The notes beneath the pieces are model-generated. The model ran no database searches and had not been told where the DNA came from. It worked only from the letters and a program-made list of their open reading frames with translations. 64,000 bases of DNA from Setoptus koraiensis (taxonomy: Eukaryota; Animalia; Arthropoda), in assembly GCA_048013815.1 (NCBI GenBank), contig CM106586.1, positions 12,090,001 to 12,154,000 of the forward strand, in the 5' to 3' direction. A program made the position numbers and the translations under genes. Shown in pieces: positions 1 through 8,528 of this stretch (position 1 is its first letter; each line of letters opens with the position of its first letter).

Positions 1-902
1 TTGAACTGTATTTTCTCTTCTAAACTAGTAAGGTTGCATAATTTCCGAAAGTCAGGATTCTTGTCCAATGCTTTCTCCAGTTTAAGGCTAGGTTCTTTGA
101 GTTTAAGCTGGTCAATCTTGTTTTTTGTGTCTTCGACAATCTTTAATGCTTCATCCATTCTCAAATTCTGAGTTTCAAGTCGCTCAATTACATCAGCGAT
201 GAATAGATAGTCTGAGATACTATAGAGTTCCGTCTCCAAATCACCATCTTCGATGGCCGAGAGACACACTTTCAAGCAGTTAGGTGGATCCTTTGAATTT
301 TGTGAGGCCAGATATTGTTTAACAGAGGAAAGATTTGAGCAATAATAGTCCGCGGTCCTCAACCAAGTTCCCCATCTGGTAATAACAGGTTTGGGAGGGC
401 ATAACAAGCCAGTTATCAACATAAATTCTTTTTTCCTCTTTATGCTGCCTCTAAGTATCTCTTTAAAAGCTCCGATAAACCTGTCGGCTACGGGATGCTT
501 CGCTCTAATACATTCGGCAACTCTTTGCAGGCCGTAAGCTAAGCAGGTGATGTGATATGCCTGAGGTGAGAATTTTTTCATTTCTCTTACACTCTTCACC
601 ATGTATGGTGCCTGGTCGCTTACAAATAGTTTTACCCGCTGGTATGGCGGCTCTTCACTATCTGGCCAAATTCTTCTGCAACATCTGAGGAATAATTTTT
701 CCATTTCTACGCTGTTGGCAGCCTCGATGAAATCCACATACACTAACATAGACTTTGACGGCCTCCCATTGAGAGGTCCTACAATTACATTCACTTGTAG
801 ACGATCCGATCGGTCTGTTGTCTCGTCCATGATTAAATAGATGTCATCATTTGCAATCGATTGACGGATAGTATCCATCATAATATCATATAATGAATCC
901 AG
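1..902 (-). mobile_element. hAT-superfamily (CGGBP1/ZBED-like) DNA transposase fragment, 5'-truncated, runs off window edge
   Basis: Manual minus-strand translation is open from ~902 to position 1: KLDSLYDIMMDTIRQSIANDDIYLIMDETTD...VKLFVSDQAPYM...HITCLAYGLQRVAECIR...PKPVITRWGTWL. DETTD, SDxAPYM, CxxH-position and TRW motifs are typical of hAT-type transposases. Absent from the ORF track because it has no stop inside the window. Confidence 0.85.
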
Positions 903-1139
903 TTTTTTAGCGCTTAATTTTAATTAAGCTGCTATTGATGTGGGTCGGATGGATACGTTTATTCACGTGACTATGTAATCCTATGGAGGTTTGACTTAGT
1001 CAAATTTGTGAGAATCCTGCTAGACATAACACACGTATTCCTATGTAGATTCGACTTGGTCTATTATCGCTTCACTCGAAAATATTTTGTATGCAATCCT
1101 ATGGAGATTTGACTAGGTCACATTTGTGCGGAGTTCGGT

Positions 1140-2465
1140 GGTGACAAATCGAACTTCAAAATTGAAAATTCGAATTTCTTATAAGAATTTCATCTGCCCG
1201 TTCGATGTTCGATGGTCAGAGTTCGATGTTCGATAGTCATAGTTCGATCGTCATAATTCGAACTTCGAAATTCGAAAATTGAAAATTTGAATTCCCAATG
1301 ATAGTTTCAGCTGCATTGTCGGAATTCGATGGACAGAGTTCGATGTCCGATGGTCATAGTTCGATCGTCATAATTCGAACTTCGAATTTCGAATTTCGAA
1401 ATTCGAAATTCGAAAATTGAAAATTTGAATTCCCAATGATAGTTTCAGCTGCATTGTCGGAATTCGATGGACAGAGTTCGATGTCCGATGGTCATAGTTC
1501 GATCGTCATAATTCGAACTTCGAATTTCGAATTTCGAAATTCGAAAATTGAAAATTTGAATTTCCAATGATAGTTTCATCTGCTCGTTCGATGTTCGATG
1601 GTCACAGTTCTCAGTTCGATGGTCACAATTCGAACTTCGAAATTCGTATTCCTGATGAGAGTTTCAGATGCTTGTTCTATGTTCGATGGTCAGAGTTCCG
1701 TGGTCAGAGTTCCGTGGTCAGAGCTCGAAGGTCACAATTCGAAGTTCGAAATTCGAAATTGAAAATTCGAATTCCTGATGAGAGTTTCAGCTGCTCGTTC
1801 GATGTTCGATGGTCAGAGTTCGATGGTCACAATTCGAACTTCGAAATTCGAAATTCTAAATTGAAAATTCGGATTTCTGATAAGAGTTACAGCTGCTCGT
1901 TCGATGTTCGATGGTCACAATTCGAACTTCGAACTTCGAAAATTGAAAATTCGAATTTCTTATGATAGTTTAATCTGCTCTGTCGATGTTTGATGGTCAG
2001 TGTTCGATGTCCGAGGTTCGATGATCACATTCCGAACGTCGAACTTCGAAATTTGAAATTGAAAATTCGAATTTTCGATACGAGTTCCAGGTGATCGTAC
2101 AGAGTTCGATGGTCACAATTCGAACTTTGATATTCGAGATTGATGCACAATAACTAAGTGTGCGCCATTGACTAATTGGTGTGTCTAACTAAATTACTCA
2201 TTGTGTCGAAACTGACCATTAGAATCTTACCAAAATCCGTACGCATGCAATCAACATGTGAATCATGCTGCGAAAGAAATTTGGAGTTCCAAGTGCTTGT
2301 ACAGAGTTTGATGGTCACAATTCGAAGTTCGCTGGTGACAATTCGAAGTTCGATGGTCACATTTCGAACTTCGAAATTCGAAAATTGAAAATTCGGATTT
2401 CTGATGACAGTTCCATCTGCTCGTTCGATGTTCGGTGGTCAGTGTTCGATGGTCAATGTTCGATG
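1140..2465. repeat. TTCGAA/TCGA-rich tandem array (~110-130 bp variable units) inside element copy A
   Basis: Repeated unit of the form tcgaaattgaaaattcgaatttctgatga...tctgctcgttcgatgttcgatggtca..., interrupted by a non-repeat insert at ~2135-2295. Confidence 0.9.
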
Positions 2466-2924
2466 GTCGAAGGCCGAGGGCGTGGACGGTAGGCCGGCCT
2501 ATGCGGGTGGGCCAAAGGCTCACCCGCACATTGTGGCACATCCTGAGGGGCGCAGCCCCGAAGTGCGTGCTTAGAATCCGGTCGATGATTCAGCGGCCGG
2601 AGCTGTGCTTCGCGCTGCATCCATTGGTCACGCCCATTAGGTTAAACTACTTTTATTCTCTTCCGGGGACTGCTAGGTAGAATCTAGCCTCGATAATCGA
2701 CCATCAGTACCACACCGTATATGAATGCAGGAGGGTACGGCTGCCCGTACCCCAAATGTGCCCACAAATACCCTGAATACCCACAATGCGGTACCTCGGG
2801 TATCTCGGGAACGAAGAATTTCCGCACTTCCGGAATACCTTTTCCGGTCTCAGGGCATCATACCCCACCCAAAAATACACGAAATACCCAAATTGGGGTG
2901 TGTCGTCTTTCCGAACAAGCCCCC

Positions 2925-3270
2925 AGTTCTCAGCTATGACGCACACAATTAGCACAGTCAAAGGCACGCAAAAATTTGAACAGCGTCATAGCTGAGAATT
3001 GAACAGTTCCCAGCTATGACATGCACAATTAGCACAGTAAATAACTCAGTCATGTAAAGTGATAGCAGAGGATGCTCATGTTCTCAGCTATCACACGCGC
3101 AATTAATACTGTCGAAGGCACATAACTCAGTCATACTATAGGATAGCTAAGGAGCGGGCACATACTTGTAATCATGCTTTAAATTAGTCTAGTCCGCGAC
3201 GAAAGGCGTTACATAGTGGTTTAGCTGAGATCTCTTGTATTCTCAGCTACCACACTCACATCAATTCATC
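2925..3270. repeat. Diverged ~80 bp tandem repeat (ttctcagctat...) with a perfect 16 bp inverted repeat
   Basis: The ttctcagctat-like unit recurs at ~2927, 3007, 3081 and 3240. ttctcagctatgacgc (2927-2942) pairs with gcgtcatagctgagaa (2983-2998). Confidence 0.7.
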
Positions 3271-3603
3271 GAATGCGAGCGTTAACAGGTTGTCATAAAC
3301 TCCTTTGAATTCTTCAACAATACTTGTCCACACAAAATTTAAGCGCTCGAAATACTGATTTGATCAGTATTACTTGTATCTTTTCATCTATCGATTCATA
3401 TTGATATATATTTATATATCTTTTTATAGATTATATGTCGGGGGGCGGGAAAAAGACACCAAAGAAAAGAAGCCGCGAAGTGCCAAGTCAGGGACAGATC
3501 TGTCTTCTGCACGCATGTTATGAAAATAAAGGCTAGACACGGTAGATTTAGTGTATATGTGTATGATATTTATTTTAAATGAGCAAAAACAGGAATGCTT
3601 ATA

Positions 3604-3658
3604 CTCCCTGTGCGCTCGCCTTAAATAGGCGACGGCGTAGCGTCGAGCGCACAGGGAG
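3604..3658. other. Branched (Y/T-shaped) GC-rich DNA hairpin
   Basis: Perfect 15 bp stem ctccctgtgcgctcg / cgagcgcacagggag enclosing two small stem-loops (cct-taaat-agg and acg-gcgtag-cgt). Confidence 0.75.
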
Positions 3659-3691
3659 GCGGAGCGTTACATCTCCCACCTTCGGATAGGC

Positions 3692-5189
3692 TCAGTCCTC
3701 TGAGTCTGAGGCTCCGAAGTTGTCTTGGTACCAGATTAAGTACTCGTGTATTTCGTTGTTTCGACATCCTGATGGGCAGCGGCTGCAGTAGATTGTTTGA
3801 CCGGAATTTTTACCTGTTTCGGGTGTTCTTGCGATTAGGTCCCCACTCAGATTTCGATGAAACTCCACACATGGGCCCCGTAGGGGCCCCATATCATGGA
3901 ATGAGTAGACCGGAAGCCAGGAAACTTCCGGTTCCGGAGTTACCAAAAGATTGAGATAGAGCTTTGAAAATTCATAATCAGATAGATGACGCCTAGCGGA
4001 GCACGATGAAATCAAAATTAATCTTCTGCCACTTCCGGTTACCTAGATATAGCTGTTTAACGCAAAAAAGGGTGTGGCCGGGCCCTGTGCGGTCGCGATG
4101 AGCGGACCCATCCTGTGCCACGTGCGCGCAACACCCTGTATCGATTTCTGTTTCGGTCATTTTAACCCTGAATATCAACGAATTGGTGTGATAATAAAAT
4201 TTGAGATGAAAATTATTACAGCAAATGGATGGATCAAGTGTTCTGGTGTAGCATTCATCTCATTATGTCTCTAGGTTTCCGCTTGTTTCTTTTTCTCTGT
4301 TGGTTGGTTCGTTCACTCTTCCCGCCTGCAGCTGTGTTTGGATTGCAGTCATGTGAGCGGAGGGTAGAGGGCGCAGCCCGATACCCGAAGCGCTCATCAA
4401 CCCTACCCGAAGGGTTCCCGTCGCACGCAGTCGTCGCGGGAGCGACGACGGAGATGTGACGGCCTCCAGAATACGAGGCCGCAGGCCGAGTTCTCAGACA
4501 CACCGCATGTTCATCCCTGAGCGCAGCGAAGCAATAATTTGGTCACTTCCGGTATTCTAGCCCCAGTAATATCTCTATATCTCGAAAACCGGAAGTCGCA
4601 CAGAGCTGAAAATTATGTCATCGTGTTCAGCGTAGCTTGAAACGTCTCTGTAGTGAATTTCAGAGCTCTAGCTTCAACTTTATGTAAAACCGGAACCGGA
4701 AGTTTCCTGGCTTCCGGACCACTTTTTTCGTCTTAGTTAGGTCAGAATAGACCTATACCGGAAGTTTCATCAAGATCCGGTTGGGGACCTAATCGCTAGA
4801 ACAACCCCTGTTTCTCCCCGATTGGTGTTCTTTTGGGTTTCTTTATTTCCTGTATTCGGTCCATTCGTCTCAGCGTTGCTTTTCGTAGGATGGTCGCTCG
4901 GTTCAACAGCTTTTAACGCTTGAGTGTCCAACTCAGTTACCGATGTTTTGTCGGGCGTGTCGGATGCTTTTGGTGCCTCGTGAGGTGCCGTGATATTATC
5001 GTCGTCCTCTGGGTCGCTACAGCAATACCCGTAAGGGCATATCATTCGTTGTATGTCCGAATGCCGATGGTTGTAGCATTTGGCTTTCTGAGCGGCCAGT
5101 TTCCTTTCAATTTTTAGGCGCAGGCTATCATCTGAGGCCATATCCTTAGCGGAGGCCCACTCAATATCGTCGTCTTGATGAGAATTCAT
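3692..5189 (-). pseudogene. Orphan 167 aa Cys/His-cluster protein gene interrupted by a MITE (join 5189-4807, 3812-3692)
   Basis: Track ORFs 4770-5189 and 3692-4015 both contain ETG, which is encoded by the duplicated target site. Removing 3821-4806 and one TSD copy gives an uninterrupted frame MNSHQ...NRGETGKNSGQTIYCSRCPSGCRNNEIHEY...SED*. It has an AAAATG start context and a minus-strand AATAAA at 3569-3574. Confidence 0.75.
3821..4806. mobile_element. 986 bp non-autonomous TIR element (MITE) with 8 bp target site duplication cctgtttc
   Basis: TSD at 3813-3820 and 4807-4814. ~44 bp imperfect TIRs: gggtgttcttgcgattaggtcccca... / ...tggggacctaatcgctagaacaacc. Further internal inverted blocks lie at ~3905-4045 and ~4585-4720. 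Confidence 0.85.
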
Positions 5190-5977
5190 TTTGTAGTACG
5201 ATTATTTGGTACTCGAGTTAGATTGGTGTGTTTCTATTTATTGTTGGATATTTGTGAATATGTTTAATCGACGTGATAATATTTGCTTTTAAATCTTTAT
5301 TTATTTTATTTTTTAAAATTGTATGATGTGATTAGGACGGGCTGTAGTGTGATAATGCGAGATTATGAATTGTTGGAAGGGCCAGCTTGTTGGCTACTTA
5401 TTTTTGGTCAACAAGTCGGTTTGTGCTACATGTTTGCAACAAGATCCGTAGGGTTGACTTGTTGACTGCGGACTTGGCTACCAAGTTGGTTTCAAGCGAT
5501 GGATTCGCCTCACTAAGATGGCGGCGGTGGCCGTTGTCGATCAACACATGGCCAACATGTGGCTCGCGCTGTTGCGAACTGGAGTGTGCCCGAATGTGCG
5601 ACTGAGTTGTATTGATTACGACGGCGGATTTGTTGATCGCCATCGTGATTAACAGATTGGCTCAATCGTGCAGTGGTCGCCTCCTCAAGATGGCGGACAC
5701 TGCGGTTTGTTCTCGAGTGCGACAATAAGTCGCCTCGCGACAACGTATGGTAAACCGCAACACATGGCCAGGACGTAGCACTTTCTATTGTTCGAGCGCG
5801 CCACTTTGGTGCGTGTTGGAGGCACAGTGCATGGCGTTTGGTTTGATTTGTCTTTGTTTTTGTTCGCCATATTAACTTGGTGCTTTATTGTCGTGTAAGC
5901 CGCCAGTGGTTGTTGTTCGTTTATGACATGCTCTGTTGATTAGTATCTGGCTAATTGTATGTCGGTCGCATGTGACT

Positions 5978-6556
5978 TTACTTGTACATGTTGACATAGT
6001 TAGCCCATTCCCTATAATGAGAACTGTCAGCTGGAGGAGGTACTGGCTGAGAGGGTTCGTTAATTATATCGGCCATCCTATCGATGGGTCGATCTGGCGT
6101 TCTCGTGGGCGCCGCTGGTCCGATTTTAAATCGTACGAACTTTGCTTTTCGTACTAGGTTCCAGTATTCTCCCCTATTCCAGTGCCACGACATTTCAAGG
6201 GGCCTCTTTGTTACATCAAATTGGAAGAAAAGATAAAGGAGGAGACCAAAGCAAGCGGTTTCCGCTTTAGCTTCGTCACTGCCCCAACCCGTGAGGATAC
6301 ACCCTTCCTTAATTGTCTCAAAGGTGAATTGCAGCCGTCTTGAGACGATTTTATCTTCATGGAACTTCCTTACTTTCATTCCAAGAGAGCTTGTCAAATA
6401 GTTCCCCATGGTTCTTGGCGAAGAATTTTGTCCAGAGTTATAGTTTAGATTTATTCTACCCCACTCCTTAGTTTTAGGGTCCAGTAGAATAATTGGACGG
6501 TTTCCAACAAATTTGTCAGAGGCTTGTTCAAGTGGTCTATCTCCCAGGTTACTCAT
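5978..6556 (-). CDS. Orphan 192 aa protein with a possible degenerate dsRNA-binding-domain fold
   Basis: Intact, non-repetitive ORF with AAAAATG context, a very AT-rich upstream region (6557-6640) and a minus-strand AATAAA at 5884-5889. Residues ~46-110 can be threaded by eye on the dsRBD pattern. Confidence 0.6.
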   Translation of the reverse strand: MSNLGDRPLEQASDKFVGNRPIILLDPKTKEWGRINLNYNSGQNSSPRTMGNYLTSSLGMKVRKFHEDKIVSRRLQFTFETIKEGCILTGWGSDEAKAETACFGLLLYLFFQFDVTKRPLEMSWHWNRGEYWNLVRKAKFVRFKIGPAAPTRTPDRPIDRMADIINEPSQPVPPPADSSHYREWANYVNMYK

Positions 6557-7030
6557 TTTTTATTGATATTAATATTGCTTAATATTAATTAACTTAACTT
6601 AATATATTTAACACTTATTATTAATTTGAGATTAACAATGAACTGTGAGTATCAATGCGCAACAATGTAAACTTGCAACTTACAATGTACAATGTAAGTT
6701 ACATTCAACGGATACATTACACGGTTACAAACGGTTACATTCAGCGTAATAACCGTTCTACAGCTTATACGCATGCTGATGCATTGCACACGTTGGGCGC
6801 AATTGCCGGTCTTGCCGCAAGGACAATACTGTCCTCAAAATTTGATTTTGAAAAACGCGCCAGCAAAACAAACGGCTCTGTTGTCGCTCTGTAGTCATTA
6901 TATCGTAGGGAGGTAATTATTGTAGATTTGTATTATCATCACTTCTATTATATGTTATATGTGTTATAATCACGTTATAATAAAATAACTACAATAACTT
7001 GAATTTAAAAATAACCTGAATTTAAAAAAA

Positions 7031-7432
7031 ATGACTGAACACAATATCATCACAGACGATTTACTCTGGGGTAACGACGATATTGATTATTTCAGCGATT
7101 TAGTCGATGATAAGGAACCGAGGACAGAAAAAAGGACCCCGTCATATTATGCACCCATTATATATGATCTTTTTGGTCCGCGGAAAGAAAGAGATCCATT
7201 TGGGGACCCTCAGGACATTGATTATATGGCTAATCTAATTGATCATCATGAAAAATGCACAATAATTGAAAGGCCAACAACGGTACCGCCACCTGCCTGG
7301 GCAAAGCAGTATTTACCACCGTCGGAAACAACTAGAAATGCCAACGACGGAACCCTCAGCGATTTGTACCGAATTGTTAAAGATTTTGTCACCATACTAG
7401 AGAAGCGATTTGACCCAATCACCCTTCTCTGA
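7031..7432 (+). CDS. Orphan 133 aa protein with acidic N-terminus and amphipathic C-terminal helix
   Basis: Intact ORF with AAAAATG context, AT-rich upstream DNA and AATAAA at 7465-7470, 33 nt after the stop. No family recognised. Confidence 0.6.
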   Translation: MTEHNIITDDLLWGNDDIDYFSDLVDDKEPRTEKRTPSYYAPIIYDLFGPRKERDPFGDPQDIDYMANLIDHHEKCTIIERPTTVPPPAWAKQYLPPSETTRNANDGTLSDLYRIVKDFVTILEKRFDPITLL

Positions 7433-7471
7433 TCAGTAATATAGAATTTCCTTGTCTCCCAATCAATAAAC

Positions 7472-7624
7472 GGACTGATCTGTCCCCCTTAAAAATTTTA
7501 GGACTGCATTGTCTTCATATATAAGATCGAGAAGAAATATCGGAGTGTCCTTCGACAAAGGACAATGGTGTCCGAAGTGATAGAAGAGGACAGACTTGTC
7601 CTTTGAAAAAAGACAACGTTGTCA
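7472..7624. repeat. Array of 14 bp palindromic sites, consensus RGACW-N4-TGTCY
   Basis: Copies at 7472 (ggactgatctgtcc), 7501 (ggactgcattgtct), 7560 (ggacaatggtgtcc), 7588 (ggacagacttgtcc) and 7611 (agacaacgttgtca). One more copy lies at 3492 (ggacagatctgtct). Confidence 0.7.
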
Positions 7625-7722
7625 CGTTATTACGAATAGAAGATACTCAGCATACTATTATATAACCATATTAGTTTTTATTAAAGAGTGCTCAAATTGC
7701 TCACCCAAAAAGCTTGGGCTCG

Positions 7723-8070
7723 TCATTTTCTTATTTCCCAACATATTCTTATCATGAGAAAGAAGTTATTCAGCTGTTCTCTAATGTCCGAAGTCAGGCT
7801 CGCTATCTCATCCCTCCATTTGTCATAATGACATGTATCCGTTATATCTCTAATATTCATTAACGAACTACAAATTTTTTTGTGCCAGTCTTTCGATTGC
7901 TCATCGGGGAGTGAATTTTTCAATGTATCAGTGTCGATGTCTTTGAACTAAAAAGGCTACGCGGCCTTCCACAGTGCATTTGATATCGAAAGAATCGATG
8001 TTTGTGGAACCTAGAGGTTCTAATTCTGTTGCCGCGAAAATCGAATCAAACGTAAGTAATTTTGCGGCCA
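7723..8070 (-). pseudogene. Probable decayed or frameshifted (or spliced) orphan ORF
   Basis: The track ORF 7723-7923 extends to FKDIDTDTLKNSLP.... An upstream open stretch (RVAAKLLTFDSIFAATELEPLG...GRVAFL) lies one base out of frame across cctttttag, which could be a frameshift or a splice acceptor. Confidence 0.35.
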
Positions 8071-8194
8071 CCCTTTACAAGACCTCAACATTTACAATAA
8101 ATTTACTTAACTAAATAAAATGAAATGAAAAAACAATGAATTATCAACTGACCAGACCTACCAACATGTCGAATGAAGAAGAGAACCCACTGGA

Positions 8195-8528
8195 AAAAAT
8201 CTACTCAATCGTTAGTGCTGGGAATACCTAATACTGGCCGTCTTCCAGGGGGCCTTGCTGGACAATGAAACAAATGCACGTTCTACATAGCTCACCAAGA
8301 TTTCACGATATCCTCTGAGGATGCTGACAAAATTTACGAAGCATCGGCCTACATGTATGATGTAAATTTCCGTCCCATGCATGCGGCGACCTTTGCTCAT
8401 ATCTTGAGTAGCACAAAATTGAATGGCAAGATATGTAAGCCAAGGCCTCCTGGATGACGGCCAGTATTAGGTGACCTCTCAGTTTGATTGCGTGAATGTT
8501 CCCAGCACTAAGGATTGAGTAGATTTTT
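8195..8528. mobile_element. ~330 bp MITE with bipartite ~62 bp TIRs
   Basis: aaaaatctactcaatcgttagtgctgggaa (8195-8224) vs ttcccagcactaaggattgagtagattttt (8499-8528), 1 mismatch. A second inverted block acctaatactggccgtcttccagggggccttg vs caaggcctcctggatgacggccagtattaggt has 2 mismatches. TSD not resolved. Confidence 0.8.

Larger units (their letters stand above)
903..3377 (+). mobile_element. Helentron-associated non-autonomous element (HINE/DINE-1-like), copy A
   Basis: T-run, then 5' subTIR agcgcttaatttt (909-921) inside an imperfect palindrome. 3' subTIR aaatttaagcgct (3335-3347) is followed by the hairpin aatactgat-ttg-atcagtatt and acttgt. It has a central tandem array. The 5' ~250 bp and 3' ~97 bp are shared with copy B. 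Confidence 0.7.

Noticed and set aside
2462-2690. Canonical Helitron 3' end (hairpin plus CTAG)
   Set aside because: Neither CTAG is followed by T or placed at the usual distance from a hairpin, and no matching 5' TC end was found.
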